A DNA stretch of 35,916 bases from Fonticula alba ATCC 38817 (Eukaryota > Protista > Nucleariida), in assembly GCA_000388065.2 (NCBI GenBank), contig KB932203.1; one strand, 5' to 3'. The notes beneath the pieces were generated by a model. The model made no database searches, had not been told where the DNA came from, and saw only the letters and a list, made by a program, of their open reading frames with translations. Below, in pieces: positions 1 to 10,177 of the stretch. The position numbers and the translations under genes were made by a program. Position 1 is the stretch's first letter. Every line of letters starts with the position of its first letter.

Positions 1-11
1 ATCCCAGAACA

Positions 12-510
12 GCATTCCTCGGAGAGGAATGCGGGGTAGAACAACAGCCAGGTGGCCGCCGAGGCCGAGCGGCATAAACGCTCGACCGAGGACGGAGATA
101 CGCGGGTGGGCGGGCCCAGCCGCGGGGTTCTCAGTTCCAACCCCTGACCGAGCCCAAAGGTCAAAAAGGGGGACTCTCGTTGAGAGCCTCCTGAGAGCGA
201 AAGCCTTAGCAGCTGTGTGTCGAAGAGTATACGGAAGTATAGCCGAAGCACCAGTTAGGCCGACGAACACCTGTTCTAAGGCTTCCTCTCGAACCCTTTT
301 TAACATCCGAGTTCCTTTCTATTTTCGCTTGCCACTAACTCGTCTCAAGCCGAGTTACTGACTCATCTGGTAACAGACGACCGTGAACCGCTAGTTGGTA
401 TGTCCCCTCCGTCATGCCAAGAGGTTACTAACCAGGTGGCAGATCACACTGGTACCCTTCGTCAAGCCTCACTCACTTGACTTAGGCTTAACCCGTGTGA
501 ACCCTGCTAC
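12..510 (+). ncRNA. Candidate structured RNA or RNA-derived insertion of unknown family (may extend left of the window)
   Basis: Stems read by eye: 12-20/24-32, 66-71/79-84, 124-129/139-144, 145-149/159-163, 174-178/182-186, long imperfect rod 193-222/261-290 (includes perfect AAGCCTTAG/CTAAGGCTT), 228-232/237-241 with GGAA loop, 336-342/351-357, 366-369/374-377 with GTAA loop, 461-466/476-481. GC counted at 152/300 over 181-480. No family identified. Confidence 0.4.
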
Positions 511-1669
511 ATGAATGGTTGGTGGTGTGATTTGTTCTCTTCCCGTGATTTCCATTCAGGCGTGGTGGACCGACGGAGTCCGCCTGTGTCAATGGCTATT
601 GGTTGGGTTGTTGAAAATGGCGGCACTCGGCCTGGAGAGGCCCATCGGCAAGAGTGCCCAGCGAGGGGGGAGGGGGGAGGAGCGGGGGTCGGGGTGTCCC
701 CTTCGACAGCCCTCGTCCACGAGAAAAAAAGGGAAGAGGAGACTCGGAAATGGACCCTGGTGCTGTTTCTTATATGGCCTGTAATAAAAAAGGTCGCACT
801 TATCTGGCCATTATTACCCGTTGCGGCGAGGGCTTTTTCTGTGCCGGCTCCTGGGGGCGGGCAGGGTCCCCGGCCCCCCCCCCCCCCCCCCCCCACCCGA
901 ACGAGAGGCGTCCGGAAAGCCGGAGGAAGGACGAGAATCCACTAGACAGTTATGGGGATTTTGGGATGGGGATCGCACATATTTACCGTGCCACTTTACC
1001 CTAAACGTGTCGAGCTAAAGGGGCGGGGTATCCGGGGACTTAGGGCCCTGGGATGGGTCCTCGCGCTCTCTGGTTTGTCTTCGGCATTTAGCCGGATGTC
1101 TGTGCGTCCCAACCATCACGGGGCGAAGGTGTCTGTGAAGGGCGCCGGGGGAGGGGGGGCCGATGTCTCAGAGGGTTCGATGTGTTCGTCCTCGGCGGTT
1201 TGTTTCATAGAAAAAACCCTCCCCATTCGGGGCTCCCGGTGGATAGGTACGGCCCTGCCGGCCCGCGGTCTTTCCCTTGTTTGATCCCTGGACCTGGAAG
1301 GTGTCCCTCATCGGGAGGCAGAGTCCACCCTGGGAATGGTGTCCCGGGGGCCCTTGCCCGGCCACCCAAGCCGCCGGAGGGAGGGCCGGCAAGGGGCGCC
1401 GGGCTTCTGGGACTCCTGCGGGCCACCTACCAGCTGAGGGGGGGGGGGGGTGGCCCGGGCTGCGTCGAGCCACCTGGTCTTTGCCCCTGTTGAACTTGCT
1501 CCGCCGCCCGCGGTTTGTCCTCGTGGGTCCGAGCTGACGAGAGGAGGCTGGTCCCTTAGCGATGGAGGGGCCGAGGCCGAGCGGGGCCCGGTGCATCCTC
1601 CGTCGCTGGTTTTCGCGAGCCCATATCTTTCAGCTAGACGGGACTGATTGCCCCCCCCCCCCCCCCCCC

Positions 1670-2160
1670 NNNNNNNNNNNNNNNNNNNNNNNNNNNNNNN
1701 NNNNNNNNNNNNNNNNNNNNNNNNNNNNNNNNNNNNNNNNNNNNNNNNNNNNNNNNNNNNNNNNNNNNNNNNNNNNNNNNNNNNNNNNNNNNNNNNNNNN
1801 NNNNNNNNNNNNNNNNNNNNNNNNNNNNNNNNNNNNNNNNNNNNNNNNNNNNNNNNNNNNNNNNNNNNNNNNNNNNNNNNNNNNNNNNNNNNNNNNNNNN
1901 NNNNNNNNNNNNNNNNNNNNNNNNNNNNNNNNNNNNNNNNNNNNNNNNNNNNNNNNNNNNNNNNNNNNNNNNNNNNNNNNNNNNNNNNNNNNNNNNNNNN
2001 NNNNNNNNNNNNNNNNNNNNNNNNNNNNNNNNNNNNNNNNNNNNNNNNNNNNNNNNNNNNNNNNNNNNNNNNNNNNNNNNNNNNNNNNNNNNNNNNNNNN
2101 NNNNNNNNNNNNNNNNNNNNNNNNNNNNNNNNNNNNNNNNNNNNNNNNNNNNNNNNNNNN
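1670..2160. other. Assembly gap (N run)
   Basis: N run directly after a poly-C tract. Confidence 0.99.
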
Positions 2161-4596
2161 TTCTGTCTGGTTGGCAAGCCCGGTCGGCATCCTGTCGTTA
2201 GTTCTCCCGGGCGCGGCGCCGGGAGTGGGGGGATGCTCTTGCGGAGGACTTGGCGCCGCGAGCTCGGGAAAGGGGTGCGAGGTGTCCCCTCGCGGGGGTA
2301 TGGCAACGCCCCAACAATCGGCGCTCGACACTGTCCGGACCTGCCCACGCGGGCACCTATCGCGTTCATAGGATCCCCGGGTCCCGGGTCTCGGGCCATT
2401 CCCCGGCGCCCGCCTCGGTGGCCCCAACCTGCTCCGACGCCTCTCTGTTCGATGTGGCCCGCCCCCCGCCTCGTACTAACCTAAAGCCGGGCATCCTCCC
2501 GCGTCCGGGCCCCGGGCGCGAGCGTGCGTTTGTCCGCTCCCATGTGTTTGGGCGAGGGGCGCGCTTGCGCGGTCGGTCCGTCTGCCCCGTCTCCGGGCGT
2601 TGATTGGTTGCCCCCACCGGGGTGGGAGTGTCCGCCGGGAGGAAGGTGCGACCGACCCTCTCTCATGTCTGCCTGGGCTTTTTCCCGCTCGCCGCCATTT
2701 GCCCGTCTCGTTGGCCCACCGGCGGGTTACACTGCCGGGAGTGGGGTGCAGGGGCTGTGGGCCAATTTTCCGGAGTCTTCTCGACCGTGCCTGCCCCGAG
2801 GGACCCCAGCCGCGGTCGCCATCCTCGAAGAGGGAGCCCGGAGCCTGGTGGCGACATGCTGGGTGTGTTCCCGCTGGCTCTCCCTGGTCGCCCCCCCCCC
2901 GCCCCGCCCTCCGGCCGCGGGGCTTGTCTAGCTCCCTGCCTTTGGTTGGGCGCGGTCGGCGTGGGCCGCTTGCGCAACGGCCTCTCAGCTTCCGTGCCGC
3001 GGGTGGGTGAGTCTGCCGGGTGGCCCTCGGGCGCCCGCTAGTCCGGAACCATGCGACCCAAGGTGCTGTGGTGCCTTATGGATGGTGTTGCGCCAGAGCA
3101 TCCTGGTCCCTCGCTCGGTCGAGCCCCCCCCCCCCCCCCTCGACCCGCCGACGCATGCTTGGGCCAATGTTCCCGGTTTTCTGCCAGGTCTACAGGGGCG
3201 GGGGCGGGGCGAGGAGGGGACGGAGCCGTTGCATCACCGTTGTGCAGGCACGGCCCCCCGTTTCCCTTTCCCACCCCGAGGGTTCCGCCGCGCTTGCCCC
3301 CCCCCCCGGGGTGTGTGTGTCTGTGTGTGTGTGTGTGCGGGGCTGGGCGCCTGCATGCCGGGGAGAATATGACACCCCAGCGTGGAGGCGTCGAGGGGCC
3401 GGCGCCTGGGCGCGGGGAGGGGCGGCGGTAAACTGGTCTTCGGGCCAGGCTGCTGCACGCGTGTGCGTCTGTAGCGAGTGCCAGGGCACTGGCGGGGCAT
3501 TTGCCTGTCTGCCGGCGTGGGCGCCCGGGCGCCGTGCGACCACATGGCACGGGGACCCTAGGGCCTTTTGAGGTTTCCGCCGGCCACCGGCGCCTTCCCT
3601 GGCACGGTCGGAGAGCCGGCCAGCCGTCGGCGGTCGTGCTTGCAGGCTGCCGGGTGCATGTCCGCTGCTTTCGCCGGGCGCCCGTAACCCCCCTCTTTTG
3701 GCCGGGGGGCCGGGGGGCGGGGCAAAGGGGCACATTAGGTCCTGGTGGCCCGGAGCGCCGGGTGTGTCCCTCCCCCTCGCCCCTCACCCCGACGGAGAAA
3801 CCTCAACCTCTACGACGGCCCTCCTCGCGGCCGCATGCGCATGGGAGGGGGGGGGGGGGCAGACCTGCCGACACACCGGGTCCTGTGCGGACGGGTCCCT
3901 GCGCGGGGCGAGGCCGAGGGCGGGCCTCGGCTCTCGGGGCCGAGAACTATGTACCCCTGCGTCTCGGCAACCCTGCCTCGGTCTGTGCCTCTGTCGCTTT
4001 GTCGGTCCCGCGTTGTCGCTTCTTTGCGCATTGTCCGGGCGCTGGTGGCCTTACGCAAGAAGGCCGGCCCTTGGCGTTGGGCCCCCGCCTCGTGGGTTGT
4101 CCCTGTTTTCGGCGTTTCGACGACGCTGGGCGAACATGGCCGAAAGCTCGAGCGGCCGAAGGGTCCCCCCCCGGCTGGGGGGCTGTTGCTGGTCAGGGAG
4201 CCGGGGGGGGGGGATGCGACCCCGGTGCTCGGACGCCCGACGGCGACGTGCCCTGCCCGCCTGTTGTCGTCCTCGCCGGAGGGGGGGGGGGGCGGGGGAC
4301 TGGGGCGTTTGTCTTGCGGCGCGTGCCTTCCGCGGCCGGAGCGGGGGGCATCATGTGGCGTGTCAAGGTGGGTCGGGCAGCACGGCTTGCGTGTGTAGGG
4401 TCCATATGGTGAGTGTGTCGGCGCGTGCCTCGGTCGCGGGGGGGGGGGCCGCTGCGGAGACAGGCATACATGTGTGTACATGTGTGTGTGTGTGGGAGGG
4501 GGTGCCTGGGGCTGATGCCCCCGGGCCACGGGCATGTGTCGGCCGGGTGGCCCCGCGGCCGGGGGAGAGAGTGTGCGCGGGTCTCCGGTGTCTGGG

Positions 4597-4604
4597 TATA
4601 TAAA
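4597..4604 (+). promoter_or_regulatory. TATA box of the EF-1alpha gene
   Basis: TATATAAA in GC-rich context, ~100 nt upstream of the ATG at 4702, which has a Kozak-like GCCACC context. Confidence 0.65.
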
Positions 4605-4701
4605 GAGGTGCCCCCCCGGTCCCCTTGATGAAGGATCTGCCCCAGCAGTTGAAGGTCCTCGTTTTTGCAGAAACTCTCCAACTTCTTGACTAATCGCCAC
4701 C

Positions 4702-6237
4702 ATGGGTAAGGAGAAGCTCCACGTTAACATCGTCGTTGTCGGTCACGTCGACTCCGGCAAGTCCACCACCACCGGTCACCTCATCTACAAGCTCGGTGGT
4801 ATCGACCAGCGCACCATCGAGAAGGTCCGTGCCCTCCCCCCTCCCTCTCTCTTTCTTTCGCGCTCTCCCCGCCTCCCCCCCCCCCCCCGAATGTCCCCCC
4901 CCCCCAAATCTATTCCCCCTTCCTCCTCTCCTCCCTCCCCCACGATGAACGGATGGCTGACTCGCTTTCTCCCTTTCTCTCCCCCTCCCCCACAGTTCGA
5001 GAAGGACGCCAACGATATCGGTAAGGGTTCCTTCAAGTACGCTTGGGTCCTCGACAAGCTCAAGTCCGAGCGCGAGCGTGGTATCACCATCGATATCGCC
5101 CTCTGGAAGTTCGAGACCTCCAAGTACTACGTCACTGTCATTGATGCCCCGGGTCACCGTGATTTCATCAAGAACATGATTACCGGTACCTCCCAGGCCG
5201 ATTGCGCCATCCTCATCATTCCCGCCGGTACTGGTGAGTTCGAGGCTGCCGTCTCCAAGGACGGTCAGGCCCGCGAGCACGCTCTCCTCTGCTACACCCT
5301 CGGTGTCCGTCAGATGATCGTCGCCGTCAACAAGATGGACTCTTGCCAGTACTCCGAGGCCCGCTTCACTGAGATCAAGGAGGACGTCGCCAACTTCATC
5401 AAGCGTGTCGGCTACAAGCCCGAGTCTGTTGCCTTCATCCCCATCACTGGTTTCCATGGTGACAACATGATCGAGCCCACCACCAACATGTCCTGGTGGA
5501 AGGGCTTCGAGATCACTCGTGGCTCCGCCAAGCTGACTGGTCTCACCCTCCTCGATGCCCTCAACCACATCGAGCCCCCCTCTCGCCCCACCGACAAGCC
5601 CCTGCGCCTGCCCCTTCAGGATGTCTACCGCATTGGTGGTATCGGTACCGTCCCCGTTGGCCGTGTTGAGACTGGTGTCCTCAAGCCCAACATGACCGTC
5701 ACCTTCGCCCCCTCCGGTGTGACCACTGAGGTCAAGTCCGTCGAGATGCACCACGAGCAGCTCCCCGAGGCCATCCCCGGTGACAACGTCGGCTTCAACG
5801 TCAAGAACGTCTCCGTCAAGGACATCAAGCGTGGCTACGTCTGCTCTGATGCCAAGAACAAGCCCGCCCTCGAGACCAACACCTTCCGCGCTCAGGTCAT
5901 CGTCATGAACCACCCCGGCCAGATCACCCAGGGCTACACCCCTGTTGTTGACTGCCACACCGCTCACATTGCCTGCAAGTTCGAGGTCCTCGAGCAGCTG
6001 CTCGACCGCCGCTCGGGTAAGGCCCTTGAGGAGAACCCCAAGTTCATCAAGTCCGGCCAGGCTGCCATCGTCAAGATGAAGCCCTCCAAGCCCATGTGCG
6101 TTGAGTCCTTCACCGAGTTCCCCCCCCTCGGCCGCTTCGCCGTCCGTGATATGCGCCAGACCGTTGCCGTCGGTGTCATCAAGGACGTCGAGTTCAAGGA
6201 GGCTGCTGCTCCCCGTGGTGCCGGCCGCAAGAAGTAA
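4702..6237 (+). CDS. EEF1A: Translation elongation factor 1-alpha; exons 4702-4824 and 4996-6237 (454 aa)
   Basis: [60 protein letters not shown] and [10 protein letters not shown] motifs. One 171-nt intron (GTCCGT...CACAG, branch-like GCTGAC at 4956-4961) restores IEK|FEK. Strong C/T-ending codon bias. Confidence 0.98.
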   Translation: MGKEKLHVNIVVVGHVDSGKSTTTGHLIYKLGGIDQRTIEKVRALPPPSLFLSRSPRLPPPPRMSPPPKSIPPSSSPPSPTMNGWLTRFLPFSPPPPQFEKDANDIGKGSFKYAWVLDKLKSERERGITIDIALWKFETSKYYVTVIDAPGHRDFIKNMITGTSQADCAILIIPAGTGEFEAAVSKDGQAREHALLCYTLGVRQMIVAVNKMDSCQYSEARFTEIKEDVANFIKRVGYKPESVAFIPITGFHGDNMIEPTTNMSWWKGFEITRGSAKLTGLTLLDALNHIEPPSRPTDKPLRLPLQDVYRIGGIGTVPVGRVETGVLKPNMTVTFAPSGVTTEVKSVEMHHEQLPEAIPGDNVGFNVKNVSVKDIKRGYVCSDAKNKPALETNTFRAQVIVMNHPGQITQGYTPVVDCHTAHIACKFEVLEQLLDRRSGKALEENPKFIKSGQAAIVKMKPSKPMCVESFTEFPPLGRFAVRDMRQTVAVGVIKDVEFKEAAAPRGAGRKK

Positions 6238-7915
6238 GCGACCAATGTCGTGCTCTCTGCTCCTTTCGATTCCCGGGCCCTTCTCCTCCTCGCCCCTCGC
6301 GGGTGTTGGTCAGGGGGGGTCCCCCAGGGGTCGGTCGGGGGGAGAGTGCCCACACTGGTGGCCCACTTCTGTGGCATGAATCTTGCCGCGCTGTGTGAAG
6401 CCCTCTGTGAGCCTTCCCTTGTGTCTGTGTTTGTCGCTCGCTGCCCTTTCTCCCCCGGGGTTGCGCGCCCAGCACATGTGTGCCCGGAAGTGAGAGAAAG
6501 CCCCGCCCCCCACTCGCTGGACCGGGAACTTCTCTCTCTCTCTCTCTTGTTTTGGTGTCCGCGCCAGGAAGAGAGTGACACCCCCCGCGCATGTGGCTCC
6601 CCTCTGAGTCCGGCCCTGTGTGTGTGTCTTTCTGCACATATGTGCGCGCGCGGCCCCCTGGGCTTCGTGCTTCGAAGAATATACAAGCTCCCAAAATATC
6701 CCGCCTTCTCTTGTGTCTCTTCTCTTCTCGGCCTTTCTTTCTTTTTCCATGGGGTGTGAAGTGCGCCGGGGGGCTCGGGGCTCGGGGCCGGCTGCTGCGC
6801 GCGCTTGCTTCTTCCCTCTTTCGGTCGGTCCCTTTTTGTGGGGGTGCTCGCGTGCTGACACAGTCCAAAGTGTGGGGGCGCACTGTGTGCGGTGCGGTTA
6901 CTTCACGGAACCCCGCGTTATTCGCTTTCTCGCCCGCGTTGTGGTGTGCTCCGGGGGCAGGGGTGCAGGGGGGGGGGGGACCACGTCCCATGATGTGTCT
7001 GCATCTGTGTGCCGCCCGTGTCTTGCTCTCCCTGCCTGGGCCCGGTCGTGTTGTGTTGTTCTCCGGTTGTCCGCCTCTCCCCCTCTCTTCCTGTCTCTGG
7101 CATCGGTTCGTCCTCCATTCGTCGTGCGGGCTTGGCGGCGGCCTTTCGCCAGCCGGCTCGGGAGGGGGAGTATCTTCGGGTCGCTTGCGCATGGGGCTTG
7201 CATTGCGTGTCCCAGGCGCGTCCTCGCCCTCCGGCGGTCGCCGGCCTTTGCCATGTGGTCCCCGGTGATCTGATCCTTCATGCGTGCAGCCCGTCCCCCA
7301 TCACCTCCTTCGCCCTCTCCCCGCGTTGTGGCCCCTTGCTCGCGCCTGGTCGTCTCCCCAGCCTCTCCCACAGGCGGGAGCTTCCCCCCCCCCCCTGTAC
7401 CGGTCAGTCATGACGCTCGATCGGCTGGAGGGAGGGGCAGGCGGCTCTCTCACCGAATGATAAGCCAAGGGGCCGGGTCTCGTTTCGTGCAAATACACAG
7501 CCAGCCCCGCTCTGGATGTTCCCGGGTGTAGAGTGCCTTTTTGTCCCCCCCCCCCCCCCCTTCTCGCCACCCGCCATCTCGCTGCTCCTCTCTGCTGACC
7601 CCCCCGCGGTGTTCTGACCGTTCTGCCACATACACTTCCCGGCTCTCCTGCCATCACATCCCATTGCTCGGGCTTGCCAGTGCCATCTCACCGGTGCGCT
7701 CGCCGCTTTGCATCTGCGCGGGTGGCGTTTCACCGAGAGGGGGCATGCCGAGCGGCCCGCTCCTGCCCACTCCTCCTCCCCTGTGGCCCCCACAGACGCG
7801 CCTCGGCGGAGCACCACTTCTATTTTCCGGCACATGATGGTTCCCATGCACCTGAGCGTGTGCATTCACAAGAGAGATGGGGTGCCATCCCCCCTCAGTG
7901 GTGCAGGCAGGGCTC

Positions 7916-10099
7916 CTACTCCTGGGCAGACCGCTTGGGATCTGCCAGGGTCAGAATGTTGACCGAAACCTCGGGATTGCTGGTGCTGAGCAGGGTGAGA
8001 GGGGGAAAGGGGGGGGGGGGGAGAGCAGAAAGGTGGGGAAGAAGGCGGCCGGAGAAGGTGCATATCCGGGCCATGGCGTGCGCCGCCATCCCCGCCGAAG
8101 CATCAGGTCAGTACTCCTGCCCGCCCTGGTGGCGATGTGTGCCCCCCCGACTGGGGGAAGAAAATGGCTGGAGGAGGGAAAACAAGCCCCCAAGGAGAAA
8201 CGCACTCAACACCCACATCCAGCGGGCTGATGACGAACACCTGCTTCTTGATCTCGGCCGTTCCATCCACCAGGGCACGACGACTGCGCCGGCGGTTGGA
8301 CTCATCCATGCCGACGTCAAACTCGTCCAGGCAGCGTAGCGGCCCGGAAATCGACCCCCACAGTGCCAGCAGCAGGCACAGGGTGGCCAATGACCGCTCG
8401 CCGCCCGAAAGCTGTGTCGTCTTTTTGTGCGCCACTGTCTGGCTGCCCGGGGGCAGGGGGCCTCCGGCAGCCGTGGCTCCCTCGGCCGGCAGGAGCTCGA
8501 TGTCCAACTGCCGGTCCTCGTGGTTGAAGTTCAGGTGCCCGGGCAGGGAAAAGCACTTTCGCAGGATGTCCTTGAACTTGCCGCGCATGACAATCGAGAA
8601 TTGCTCCTTAAACAGCTCGGCCCGATCGGTCTGCAGCTGGATGATCTCGGCGAGCATCTGCATATGATGGGGACAACCCGGGTGGGGTGGGGTGGGGGGG
8701 GGGGGGGAACCACGGTCAGTACCTCACTTGTTGAGATGCGCATACATGTGGGCATCTCTCTCGCCCCCCTCCGTCGTTGACGGCCATGTCGGCGCACCGG
8801 GTACAGCCGCTCAAGGCGCTCAATCTGAAACTCGCCCGACTGGTGAGACTCGCTCATCAGGGCGATTTCTTGACGCAAGCGCTCCGCATCCTCCGCATTG
8901 GCCGTGCTTCGTCCAAGACCGCGGGGGAGGGCGGCGGGAGGGGGGGGGGGGGACAAACGCGCAGGGGTGGAGGTAAGTGACACACACACACAGAAGCACA
9001 GGAAATACATGCTCACAGACACGCGTGTGCTGGGCGTGGGCGCCAATCAGAGAGGGAGAGAGAGAAGAAAAAAGAAGAGAGGACAGAGGCTCTGGCCATG
9101 AGAAGGACACAAGCCCGTGCTTACCATCGGAGTTCCTCGATTTCATGCTCCAGGTTCTCCACATCCTGCTGGTAGGATTGCTGCGACCGGCTCAGCAGCA
9201 GGCGCTCCTCGGCCTGCTGATCGATCGCCGATTGGCCGCCCTGGCCGTCGCCGTGTTGGCTGCCGGAGTCCGAGTGTGGCATTTCCCGGAAGAGGTCCGC
9301 GATCGCCTGGCCCAGGGTGCCAAGCTCCTGCTGCAAGTCGCCCAGCTGCTGGGTGAGGGTTTGCCTGTCATGCTCTTCGCGCTCAATCTGCTCGGCCAAT
9401 TGGGTCCGGGCCGCAGCCAACTCGAGCTCCTTGGCACGAAGTACGCGCTACATCCATGGGCCAGACAGTTAGACATCGGGCCAGCTGAGCAGGTGCCACA
9501 GGACAAGCCCAACTAAGGGGGGCACAAAATGAGGGAGACAAAGACAGGAGGGGAAAGAAGCGAAGCCCAGGCACCTGGTTCTCCTGCTGCTGCTCCTGCA
9601 GCCGGTGAGCTTGCTCATCGATATCGCGCAGCTTGGCCCGAGCCTGAGCAAGGGCCGCCTCGTGGCGCCCCGTGTCCTCGACCAAGAGGCGAAGCCGCGC
9701 TTCCTGTCGCTCAACCGCGTCGCGCGCCGCTTCCAGGTCTTGCTGCTGCTGTGTGGCCTGACTGGCCACATCGGCCGGCGACAGCTGGCTGGCCGCCTGA
9801 AGGCGCTGACGCAGGTGCGTTTCCTCGCGCAGTAGGCGCTCCTTCCGCAGATAGTGCTCATTGAGTTCGGCATGTGTCGAGCGCAGGGTCCGCTCAGCCT
9901 CGTCTACCTGGGCGCGCAGCGACTCGAAGGTACTCTGTTCCGTGCGAATGTGCTCCTGCTCTTGGGCCAAGGCCCGGCTATTGGTCCTGAGTGGGGAGGG
10001 AAGACGCCGGGCGGTTAGCCGACATGCGGTCATGTGAATGGCCGTGAAATGCTACCTTCGCCAATGGGCCTCCGAGGGAAGGGAAAGGCCACCTGCAGA

Positions 10100-10177
<78 letters not shown>

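Noticed and set aside
78-100. HDV-ribozyme-like TCCTCG loop on the minus strand
   Set aside because: P3 is incomplete and no matching P1 partner exists.
335-372. Hammerhead-like CAGATGA-GTC...GAC-GAG on the minus strand
   Set aside because: Core should be CUGANGA...GAAA; two invariant positions mismatch and no stems I/III with a cleavage triplet were found.
28-415. Group I intron-like P/Q/R/S words (AATGCGGG, TTAGCAG, ACAGACGA, GGTATGTCC)
   Set aside because: P4 and P7 pair poorly and there is no flanking rDNA exon, which is where nuclear group I introns reside.
614-624. AAAATGGCGGC (YY1-like motif or ATG context)
   Set aside because: Single occurrence with no downstream gene or supporting evidence.
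2160-4600. Many overlapping 100-300 aa Pro/Gly/Arg-rich ORFs
   Set aside because: Expected by chance at this GC; no domain motifs or codon bias.
4690-5967. 425-aa minus-strand ORF
   Set aside because: Antisense shadow of codon-biased EF-1alpha; avoidance of TTA/CTA/TCA removes antisense stops. The same applies to 33351-35015 (+, over GDI) and 30255-31724 (+, over GMDS).
6724-6737. CTTCTCGGCCTTT resembling the U2 snRNA 5' end
   Set aside because: Lacks the following GGCTAAGATCAAGTGTAGTA; it lies in a pyrimidine-rich spacer.
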